Shown: piece after piece, positions 1 through 10,694 of the stretch
Layout of the letters: each line of letters opens with the position of its first letter
Numbering within the stretch: the stretch's first letter is position 1
NCBI GenBank assembly: GCA_001179505.1
Contig: CDMY01000342.1
Span: 48,725 to 112,724, forward strand
Origin: Vitrella brassicaformis CCMP3155
Lineage: Eukaryota > Protista > Chromerida
Direction: 5' to 3'
DNA: 64,000 nucleotides
Made by a program: the position numbers and the translations under genes
Notes under the pieces: model-generated
What the model was told of the DNA's origin: nothing
Database searches by the model: none
What the model saw: the letters and a program-made list of their open reading frames with translations, nothing else

Positions 1-506
1 TGACTCACACGACCGACCATGCATCGCTCGCGTACACAAACAACGCCTCGCTTAGCGCCCACACCACCCCACACCCACGTCGCCACGCACGCACGCACGC
101 CCGCAAGCATCGACTAATCGAGTGTCCTCGATCGATCTGGCTCCTGTCCTGTCTGCCTCACGGCTGACGGACACCGTTGACAAAAGGCGGGCGATGGAAT
201 GTGTGTGTGTGTGTGTGTGTGCTCAGTGAGTGCCGCACACACAGTCCACACACTCAATAATCTACACACTAGGGTAAGTACTTACACGAACAATTACTCA
301 CCCACCTACACATGCACACATCTGACTGACGGACTGACTGACTGCCTGGCTGGCTGGCTGGCTGAGTGATTCATATCAACACGGCACTCACTCACGGCCA
401 GCGCAGCATGCAGCGCACGCACGCACGACATGCAGACAGACAGATCTGCCCAGCACAGCCCAGCCCTGTCTGTCCCCGGCCCCTCTGTCTGTCCCTCCTT
501 CGTCAA

Positions 507-1322
507 TCAACAGGGACCGCCGCAAAGCTTGTCGGCATGTTTGTCAAGCTTGTCGGCACCCTTGTCAAGAAAACCCGACAAATTGTAGGCCCCAGAATTC
601 CAGGCAACATTGGCCATGTCCCGTTTGACCTTTCCAACGAACCGTTTGGCCTTTCCAACGGCCCGTTTGGCCTTTCCAAAGAGAAAGTCAATAATAAGTC
701 TCCTCCGATCGGCGGCGGCGGCGTCGGGTCCAGATGACGCGCTGATACGCTCCTTGCGGAGTCTGTCGACGGTCATGCGGCTGCGGTCGTCGGTCCGGAT
801 GGCCGTGAGGGCCGACTCAAGGTCCACAGGCGCCCCGCCTATCAGCTCGCGGAACTCAGAAGCTGTCTTGACCTCTGGCTCAACGACTGCAGTCAGTCGT
901 TAACACACAACAGACATCCACTCACAGGTTGTGTGTGCGTCAGGAGGAACAGGCAGCACACATACCTGGTGCCTCAGCTGTCGACGACTGCTCCGTCTTG
1001 TCGTCTGCTGTTTCCACCGCCGTACGCACAACAGTCTCAGGCAGGACACCTGCACACACATAATATACACACACAGGAAGTATGTATTGCCAGCCTGAGT
1101 GCGAGAGTGCAGACGTGTGGATGACTGACTGAGTGAGTGAGTGGGTGTGTGCGTACCTTCAGTTGTGATTTCGTTGGCACCATCAGCTGTCCCGCCTCGC
1201 AATCGCCTCGCCAGCACAGAGGGTGCGGCACCAGCAGCAGCAGCAACAGCAGGCGGCTGTGGATCAGCCGACGCCAGAGTGATGCCGACAACACACAGCA
1301 GCACGCTAAGGACCTTCATCAT
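507..1322 (-). CDS. Secreted prepropeptide copy 1 (209 aa), putative cationic amphipathic (antimicrobial-like) peptide precursor
   Basis: Exons 1322-1157, 1049-966 and 886-507 join in frame through GT-AG phase-1 introns. Product: MMKVLSVLLCVVGITLASA (signal) ...ARRLRGG... acidic spacer ...DRRR-LIIDFLFGKAKRAVGKAKRFVGKVKRDMANVAWNSGAYNLSGFLDKGADKLDKHADKLCGGPC*. Gene model is solid; function is inferred. Confidence 0.8.
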
Positions 1323-3165
1323 CCTTGTCAGGAGCAGATGGATGGATATACGCGAGCAAGCAGACCAGCAGCAGACCGAGAGGCAGGCACGAGTGAGTGA
1401 CAGACAACAAAGAGCGGGCTGGGCAGCACTCAGTGATGCTTAAGCTGTCTGCGATAAGTGGTCGGCAGAGAGATGCTTGCAGTCGAGTAGGGATGAGGAG
1501 GATGGATGGAGGGCAGCTCAGGCTGGCAACAGTGGGTCGTTGCAAAAGACACAAGGCCACCAAGACAGTCGCACTGCAGAGAGAGAAGGGAGGGAGAGAA
1601 AAGAGAGGAGTCGCACCTCTCGCTCGCTGCCAATCAGCCTGCGATGTACCTCATCGTCCAACATGGCCGGCCGACTGTGAGTCACCGAGGGCAGGGCTGG
1701 TCTTCGAGCGGTGCGACCCGTCTGCACGCCCAACGAACCAACAGGCACCACGCCAACAGAGAACGAACAAATGCGCTGCATTCGTCATTGCATAGATCTT
1801 GTGTGTCCTCTCACCGGATCCCCTCCCCGACGACTTTCTTCCGCTTAGCTCGCAGACTTAAGACATTCCGTGAAACCGCTCTCTCACTGGAAGGCACGAC
1901 AAAAACACTCCACATCTACGATGGCTTCTGCAGGTACTTATGTACTGGTTGTGTTGCGGTGCATGGGGCTGCTTTCGTCAGGGGCGGCGTCCTTTTTTGA
2001 CCCTGTGCCGCTTGCTTCGGCGACTCCCCCTCCCTCTCTCTGATCCTGGCCAAGCAGGCCTCAGTGGCCGTCGAGGAGCTCAGACGTCTGTCTGCGCGGC
2101 AGCGGGCGCTCTCACTGCTTGTCGCTTAGCCACTTGTTGCCGGCCATTTGCAGTGGACATGGCATCAGATCTGTTCTAGGGCAGTGTCTGCATCAATTGT
2201 CGTGTGGTTCTGCAGACGGATATCTATTGGCATGAATGGACCAATCAATTGACAACACATCGATTTATCGATCTAAGCGTCATTTATTTTGCATCCTTTG
2301 TCGGTCACGCGTGAGTCTCATCATCCATTCATTCGACGTACTGTACGTGTCTTTCCACACACACCAACCAAATCGACACACTATGTACGTAGCTAGCTAG
2401 GCGCACAGACACGTATACACACAAGACGAAAAGGCCAAGCACTCAAAGCGATGCTTGTGCCACAGACAGACAGACAGACAGAGAGACAGACACAGAGGCA
2501 GAGAGGGAGAGAGGGAGAGAGGCACGACTCACTCGTGCACGGCAGGCATGACATACAGCTTCTCGGACAGCACATACACATGATGTACAGACCCGACAGA
2601 CGTATGGCAAAGAAGCACGCACACGCACACACGAGTGAGTGAGTGAGTGCTCCCACGTACGGCTCACTCATGACTCACACGACCCCATGCATCGCTAGCG
2701 TACACAAACAACGGCTCGCTTAGCGCCCACACCACCCCACACCCACGTCGCCACGCACGCCCGCCCGCCAGCATCGACTAATCGAGTGTTCTCGATCGAT
2801 CTGGCTCCTGTCCTGTCTGCCTCACGGCTGGCGGACACCGCTGACAAAAGGCGGGCGATGGAATGTGTGTGTGTGTGTGCTCAGTGAGTGCCGCACACAC
2901 AGTCCACACACTCAATAATCTACACACTAAGGTAAGTACTTACACAAACAATTACTCACTCACTTACACATGCACACATCTGACTGCCTGGCTGGCTGGC
3001 TGGCTGGCTGGCTGAGTGATTCATATCAACACGGCACTCACTCACGGCCAGCGCAGCATGCAGCGCACGCACGACATGCAGACAGACAGACAGACAGACA
3101 GATCTGCCCAGCCCAGCCCAGCCCAGCCCTGTCTGTCCCCGGCCCCTCTGTTTGTCCCTCCTTTG

Positions 3166-3846
3166 TCAATAACAGGGACCGCCGCAAAGCTTGCCGGCAT
3201 GACTGTGAAGCTTGTGGCCCTTGTTCCACATATGATTCCCGACGTTGTTGAGCCCAGCAGCGTACGCAACATTGGCAATGCCCTTTTTGACACTTCCAAC
3301 GAACTGTTTGACCTTTCCAAGGAATTCACCAAGAAGTCTCCTCCGATCGGCGGCGGCGGCGTCGGGTCCAGATGACGCGCTGATAGTCTTAACCTCTGGC
3401 TCAACGACTGCAGTCAGTCGTTAACACACAACAGACATCCACTCACAGGTTGTGCGTGCGTCAGGAGGAACAGGCAGCACACATACCTGGTGCCTCAGCT
3501 GTCGACGACTGCTCCGTCTTGTCGTCTGCTGTTTCCACCGCCGTACGCACAACAGCCTCAGGCAGGACACCTGCACACACATAATATACACACACAGGAA
3601 GTATTGCCAGCCCGAGTCCGAGAGTGCAGACGTGTGGATGACTGACTGACTGACTGAGTGAATGGGTGTGTGCGTACCTTCAGTTGTGATTTCGTTGGGA
3701 TCATCAGCTGTCCCGCCTCGCAATCGCCTCGCCAGCACAGAGGGTGGTGCGGCACCAGCAGCAGCAGCAACAGCAGGCGGCTGTGGATCAGCCGACGCCA
3801 GAGTGATGCCGAAAACACACAGCAGCACGCTAAGGACCTTCATCAT
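3166..3846 (-). CDS. Secreted prepropeptide copy 2 (163 aa), paralog of 507-1322
   Basis: Exons 3846-3678, 3570-3487 and 3407-3166 with the same intron positions and phases as copy 1. C-terminus DRRR-LLGEFLGKVKQFVGSVKKGIANVAYAAGLNNVGNHMWNKGHKLHSHAGKLCGGPCY*. Confidence 0.8.
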
Positions 3847-4937
3847 CCTTGTCAGGGGCAGATGGATGGATGGATGTACGCGAGCAAGCAGACCACCAGC
3901 AGACCGAGAGGCAGGCACGAGTGAGTGACAGACGACAAAGAGCGGGCTGGGCAGCACTCAGTGATGCTAAGCTGTCTGCTGAGTGGTCGGCAGAGAGATG
4001 CTCGCAGTCGAGTGGGGATGAGGAGGATGGATGGAGGGCAGCTCAGGCTGGCAACAGTGGGTGGATGCAAAAGACACAAGGCCACCAAGACAGTCGCACT
4101 GCAGAGAGAGAAGGGAGGGAGAGAAAAGAGAGGAGTCACACCTCTCGCTCGCTGCCAATCAGCCTGCGATGTACCTCATCGTCCAACATGGCCGGCCGAC
4201 TGTGAGTCACTGAGGGCAGGGGGCGAGAGTGGCTTATGGAAGATGCAGCAGCTCATCTTCATAGAAGCCACGAAACCGGGTCCCTGCTGAGCACGAGGGA
4301 GATAGTGCAGTGTTTGCCAGTGGATAAGGGACCGCGCTGCTATTGTAGCGGGGATCTGGGCATCAACTGCGCGAGAGATCGCTTGGCGCGCGCTCAAATG
4401 ATGGAGTTAGTGCGCAAAGCTCCGCGAAGCAGTACTGCCCGCCGTTCTGAGTTTGTCGTGTAGCTTTCCGGAGAGTTTTAGACGCTCTTCGTGTCATTGG
4501 AAATCCCCTGTTGATTCGTTTCTCGGCTCCGGCGCCCCTCGAGTGCTCTCGCGGTTCCCTCTGCGTTGGATGCCTGACGAGTCCCACGACACTGCATGGC
4601 CAGAGGCTCCACCAAGCTGCTGCTGCTCACCACCGCTCCCACCGACACGATTCCGTCCCTCCGACAGTTTCCCGCAGTCGGTTCCTTCCCCTCCCCCTAC
4701 CACACGACGGTGTGACACCAACAGCAACAGCCACGGCCGTCCTGGCGACTGCTGTCAGGCCTCTGACGACCACGGCGGAGCGCACCTGACGCACACGGCT
4801 GGTGTCTCGGGATTGGTGTATGCCCACTGCGCGCGGGACAGGCGGCTCGACTGCTGTCACACCTTTCCGTTTCGGATAAGACGGACACGGACGAGTACCG
4901 ACTCTGACACCGACGACGGTAGCGATAGCGAGCGACA

Positions 4938-7781
4938 ATGGCGATGCTCAACATACCCAGTAAGTAGGACCGGAGGGAGCCTCGCCTTCTGTTGGTTTTA
5001 AAAACAAATATTGATTCGTTGTGTACTGGTGTGTTTGGTGTGCTTGGTGTGTGGTGTTGTTTTGTGTGACGGTGTAGGCACGATTGACGACCCCAACTAC
5101 CGTTACAAGATGCCCAAGCTGATGGCCAAGACGGAGGGCCGCGGCAACGGCATCAAGACCAACATAGTCAACATGGCCGACATCGCACGAGCACTCAAAC
5201 GACCCCCCGGATGTGAGTGAGCAGAGCTCTGTCCTGTCCCACACACACTCACACACGTTGATTTGACACACAGGGAGGCAGGCAGGCAAGGGGCAAATGG
5301 AGTTGTGGTTGGTGTGGTGTGGTGTGGTGTGGTGTGTCTGTAGATCCGACCAAGTTCTTCGGTTGTGAGCTGGGTGCGCTGTCCAACTTTAGTGACAAGG
5401 AGGAGAAGGCCATCGTCAACGGCCAGCACGACGCCAAAGTCCTGCAGGAACTCCTGGACAAGTAAGTCAAGTCAGCGGGCGAGCATCCATCCCCCCACCA
5501 GACACCCACGACACCCACCCTTTTCCACTCCTCTCTCGGCGTGTCGTGTGTCAGGTTCATCCAGCTTTACGTGTTGTGCCCCAACTGCCACCTGCCCGAG
5601 ATCGATTTGTCCATCAAGAAGGGCACCATCACCTACAAGTGCAACGCGTGCGGCGCGGCGGGCGACGGCGACAACGTACACAAGCTCGCCACATTCATAC
5701 TCAAGAACCCACCCGACGGATCCGAATCCACCACCGGCAAAAAGACGTACGTGTTGACGCACACACCTTGACGCTTGACGCACACACGACAAGGCGTGCC
5801 GTGCCCCCACATGGACGGGTGTGTTGGTGTGTTGTCTGTCTGTCTGTCTGAATGTGCAGGAAGAAGAGCAAGGAGGAGCGTCAGGCTGCCCGTCGCGCCA
5901 AGACACACGATGGCGGCAACGATGACGAGGACGTAAGCCCTCACCCACCCCACCCGACCCCCAAATACCCATACCCATACCACACCTCTCTGCTCTGTTC
6001 TGTGTGTCGGTTCGTTGTCCACCAGCTGGACGAGGTCGACGAAGCCCCCAAGAAGAAGAAGAAAGACAAGGCCGACAAAGACAAGACCGACAAGGACAAG
6101 GACAAGGACAAAGACAAGGCCACGGGCAAGAAGAAGAAGGCCTCGTCCAAGTCCAAAAAGGGCGACTCGGCCAACGGCGACGGAAACGGCGAGGGCGACG
6201 GCGACAGCGACGACAGGAACGGCGTCGAGGGCGACGAGGAGTTGGCTGACGCTGAGGAGAAAGACGACGGGTCTTCGCCAAAGGACACCCCCACGGCACA
6301 CACCAACGGCACCGCTGGCACCACTGAGGTGAGTGAGTGTGGGTCGGTGAGGAGAGGGGGTGGATGACTGTGAGATGGTGTCATTGGGTGGTGTGTTGTG
6401 TGCGGTGCGTGTGCAGAAGAAGAAGAAGAGCAAGAAGGTTGACGATGAGGGCGTCATGGCCAAGGAGGCGCTCACCCACGACAGCCCTGAAATACGTATA
6501 TATGTGCCCGCAGACAAAACAAGACACACGCATCCCATCCCATCCCATCCCATCCATCTCTGCGAATCGAATCCACACGCTGTGTGGGCCTGTGTGTGTA
6601 TCTATGTGACAGTTGACGTGATCGAGCGTCTGCACAAGTTTGTGTCGAGCACCCCCGACATGACGCCCACCGACTTCTTCTCCGAGGTCCGCCTTCTGCA
6701 GGTGTCGCAGGACTTCGACGGACAGGTGCGCATCCATCATCGCATGGGATGGGTGGCCACACACACGCACCCGGCACAGACGTGTCCAGAGGCCGGCAAC
6801 ACATACATCCATCTGTGTGTGTGCGTGTCCCTCACGTAGATGCGGCTGTACGTGGTGCTGTGTGTGTTGTTTGGCGTTGACGAGTCCTCCCTCTGCTCCA
6901 ACTCACTCAAAAAGCGTTTCCCGTTCGTCAAAAAGGTACACAAAATACCAACCAGGAAGGGACCCACCATCCTGCCCACCACGTGTCGTGTGTGTATGAC
7001 ACGTGTGTGTGTGTGTGTGTGTGTGCAGGTGATAGATCAGACGATGAAGGTTGGGGACATCCTGAGTCCGCTGGAGCTGTACGTGGCGTCCAAGGCGCCC
7101 TCTTGCCTCTCGGGCACCGAGCAGAAACCCGCCGACTTCAACCTCATACTCAAACAACTATACGACGCCGAGCTTGTCGACGAAGGTGAGCCTTGCAGGC
7201 CACACACGTACACACACAGCCACCAGCAGCAGACGGATGCTCCCTCTCCCTCTCTCTCTGTGTGTGTGTGTGCGTTGATAGGTGGGTTCATGAAGTACTA
7301 CGGCGAGGGTGACGTTGACGAGGCGTCTCACCACCTGGAGTGCAAAAAGGCGGGCGAGTTCTTCCTCAACTGGCTGCAGTAAGGATCACTGCACTGCACT
7401 CCACTCCACTCCCCACACGTCGGTCGGATCACAGTTTGGACACGATGGCCCTCCCCTTTCTGTGTGCAGGGAGGCTGACGAGGAGGAGGGCGAAGAGGAG
7501 GAGGAAGAAGAGGAGGAAGAGGAAGAGGTGAGCACGACACGGTACCCACACAACCCAGCATCACCTCCCTCCCTCCCTCCCTCACCATGCTTGTCTGTCT
7601 GTCTGTGCATCAGGATGGGGAGGAGTCGACCCCTGCAGTGAGCCGCCACGCGAGCATGGAGCCCACCGCCAGCCAGCAGCCCAACGGCACCGCACCCGCC
7701 GACCAGCTCAACGGCCAAAAGGCCACCGAGGAGGAGGAGGAGGAAGTGGAGGACGACGACCTGGACATTGACAACATCTGA
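4938..7781 (+). CDS. EIF5: Eukaryotic translation initiation factor 5
   Basis: Spliced [40 protein letters not shown]...[11 protein letters not shown]...CPNCHLPE...CNACG zinc ribbon, a K/D/E-rich linker, and a C-terminal W2 domain ending FFLNWLQEADEEE. Confidence 0.97.
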
Positions 7782-8095
7782 TGTGGGAGGGAGGGGTCAC
7801 ATCTCATCCCATCTCATTGTATGACACGCCCAGCCAGCACATCGCATTACATTCCATGGACATGGGGGTCGGTGGGGGAAGGGGTGCGTGGCGTGGGGCA
7901 GCGTCGCCTGCCCGCCTGTGGTCTGTCTGTGTCTGGCCGGTTTTCGTGTGCCCCTCTCTCTCTCTGTGTGTGTGTGTGTGTGTGTGTGTGTCCGTGTGTC
8001 GCTCTCTTTCTTTTCCTTCTTTTGTTCTGCCTGCCTGTCTGCCCGGTGTAATCAATGCATACGTGACCTGACCTGTGTGTGTATCGTGCGTGTCC

Positions 8096-8123
8096 TTACC
8101 TTACCTTACCTTACCTTACCTTA
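8096..8123 (+). repeat. (CCTTA)n pentanucleotide microsatellite; (TG)n, (CAGA)n, (GGAT)n and (CTGC)n tracts are pervasive in introns window-wide
   Basis: Read directly. Confidence 0.9.
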
Positions 8124-8223
8124 TCTGACTGACTGACAAATGTGATGATTGATGATGCCATGCCGTCCGTCGACTATCCTTTTTCAACAACTACAAATAA
8201 TGGTGCGCTGCATCGCGCTCGAG

Positions 8224-9252
8224 ACGGTATGGTGCTGGGTGCGTTGAGGATGGGCAGGTGACAGCGACTGATGGCTCTCAACAGCCATTGCGTCGCTGTC
8301 AGCTGTCCTTCCTGTACGCTCCCAAAAACAGACCACGACGCGTGCAGCAACATGAGCAATGAGCTGTGTGTGGGAGGAGAGACTATTGGATGCAGTGCAA
8401 TGCACTTATGGTGTGTGGTCCATGAGTGCCGAATGCTCGACAAACAACGGTCTCTGCGTGAGAGAGCGGGGCATGGGGTGGGGACCATCCATCTGTTCCA
8501 CTCAATATGATATCATGACAGTAGATAGAAAGAGACGAGATGCACACCATGCACTTGCCCTTCATGTCTGATGGATGCCTCTCCTGCGTCTGCCTGCAAC
8601 GTGTAGCCGTCGGCTGTCTCTGTCGGGTCGGCGGCATCACGTCCGGCAGGACTGGACAGGTATCTATCTGCATGTAATGGATGGCCGTGGATTCGTGGAC
8701 ATCCATGAGGCATGAGGCAAGTATGGTAGCTAGCTTTGCGCTGCGTCTGTGTTGTGTGTGTCTGATTGATTGATGCGCCGAGCCGAGCAGTCACCCCTCC
8801 CTCCCTTGACACCACGCTGTAGGTATGCAGCGATGTGTTTTCATTCACACGTGAGTGATGTTGTGCATGTGTATGATTGTGTATGCGATGATCGTACAGG
8901 TCGACTGACGGACCCTTCTGCACGGATGTGCGTGTGTATGGTATGGTGTGCTGTGCTGCGTGTCAAGAATTGAACTTTGAAAGCCCAACAAAACACACAC
9001 CGTCCGTGGGTCCGTCCGGTCCACAGCATATATAAGAAAAGTGCAGCCGTAGTAATTGATTGATGCGATGATGCATACGCACAAATCACTGAATTCATTA
9101 GATTCGTGGGAGGACCAAAACCCTCAGGAGAGGCAGGCTCGTCGGGTCTTGGGTCCGTCAATCACGGGCAGAGATGACAGTGGCGCAATGGCTGTTGAGA
9201 GCCACTAGTCGCTGTCACCTGCCCGTCCTCGACGCACCCAAGACGATACCGT
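8224..9252. repeat. 78-bp inverted repeat pair (8224-8301 / 9175-9252) around an 873-bp spacer
   Basis: The reverse complement of 8224-8301 aligns gap-free to 9175-9252 with 9 mismatches by hand count. Confidence 0.9.
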
Positions 9253-9537
9253 GCCATCCATCCCCTCCCTCTGTGTCGATGATGCATCCATCGATCCATG
9301 CTATGCATTCTCTCACATGCGCACACAATAAATGGCCTGGCCACATGCACTCGTAATAAATGCATAAACATGGACACGACACACATCATGACATGATGCG
9401 CACACCTCAATGCACTCACTGCCCCCTCCGTTCCTCCCTCTAGTGGTAGGTACATCACATGCACCACACGACATCACACGACACGACACCAAAATCCCTC
9501 ACTCACTCCACTCGGCGGCTGGCTCATCCGTCGCTCC

Positions 9538-10406
9538 TCACTTCCACACTGCCTCCGCTGCCTGGGTGTAGCCCCCGATCGTCTGCAGGGCCACGTTGCC
9601 AGTGCCCGAGGCTGCTGACCCCCGGCGCGCTGCCGCCGCTGCAGCCGCCTGTTTGTTCTGCTCGCGGAGTGAGTGCAGCTGGCCCTTGAGCAACCCCTCG
9701 CATGAGCGAATGCCCATGTCGAACACCATGCCGCAGCACGCCACAGCTGACATACACACAACAGAGAGAAAGAACAGATCACTCGACCGCTAAGTACACA
9801 TGGCCGGCTGCCTTTGTGCCGTGTTGTCCTTACTCTGTGCGGCGGCCTCCAAGACCGGCTCGCACTCCTGGTTTTGCTGCAAGCAGAGTCAACGAGGGAG
9901 AGAAATGAACAGCCGGCCAGTGTGCTGTGCTGTGTCCTCTCTCCTCCCCTAGCTACCATGAGCAGAGGGTCGTCTTCGGCGGCGTCCTCAACAGGAAGAC
10001 GATTCAGATCCTGACCAGCCAGCACAGTACAGACGGCTTGCATTAACCACCTCTCCCGCGTCCTCATCCATTCACATCAACTGCTCACCGCACGTCGCCC
10101 ATTGGTGATGTCGCCAGCGAGGCTGCCCGAGTCCAGCGACTGCTGCGGGACGGCGCGCCGGCTGAGATCTACTCTACGGCTACCTGCTCCAGCACCAGGA
10201 GTGGAGGTTTGCGTGTCGGGCGCCAGATCAGGTGAGGCGAAACCTGCGTGGGACACACACACACAGAGAGAGAGAGATGGACACCTACTGGCATGCATGA
10301 CAGCAGCCCGCACACCTGAGGCGAAGGGATGGGAGGCGTCGCTGCTGAAAGTCGAATGCCACACCTGGCTGCTGTCATTCCACATGGTGCCGCTGCTCTG
10401 CTGCAT
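9538..10406 (-). CDS. Hypothetical protein (~180 aa, 5 exons)
   Basis: Five GT-AG-bounded exons join with consistent phases: MQQSSGTMWND...SLAGDITNGRRA|DLNRLPVED...|QNQECEPV...|TVACCGMVFDMGIRSCEGLLKGQLHSLREQ...AVWK*. No family recognised. Confidence 0.55.
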
Positions 10407-10694
10407 CTCTGCGTAGGGCAAGATCTTCTGCGCAAGAGGGGCGAAAAACATCGCGCCTCGGGGCTGCGAGCTAGGCGTGCAGGGAGGAGGAGGAGAGTCA
10501 ACTTTCCTGTCGCTCGTTGGTCCTTTGCCCTTTCGTCCTTGTGCATATCATCGCATTAACTGCATAGTGCATTGCATTGCATCCATCCGTCCACTGCCTT
10601 TCGTTGACCCCCCTTTTTGCCTCGTCGTGGGCGGGCTGTTAGCGATTTGCAATGACGACAGAGGAGGCGCCTCTCCTTCGTGAGCATCTGATGG

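Larger units (their letters stand above)
1..4212. repeat. Tandem segmental duplication: ~1-1690 vs ~2671-4212
   Basis: Near-identical flanks, introns and upstream region (e.g. tgactcacacgacc at 1 and 2671; ccggccgactgtgagtcac at ~1670 and ~4195). The unit may extend left of the window. Confidence 0.95.

Noticed and set aside
1195-1210. Canonical Plasmodium PEXEL (RxLxE/Q/D)
   Set aside because: The fifth position is G (RRLRG), so only the RRL / RxLR-type core is present.
3270-3345. Homology or horizontal transfer from vertebrate LL-37 (LLGEFL vs LLGDFF) or frog Rana-box peptides
   Set aside because: The match is only a few residues, paralog 1 differs there, the Cys loop is CxxxC, and there is no cathelin domain. 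Convergence on an amphipathic helix is sufficient.
8096-8123. (CCTTA)n as a telomeric repeat
   Set aside because: It reads TAAGG on the other strand, not TTAGG or TTTAGGG; treated as an ordinary microsatellite.
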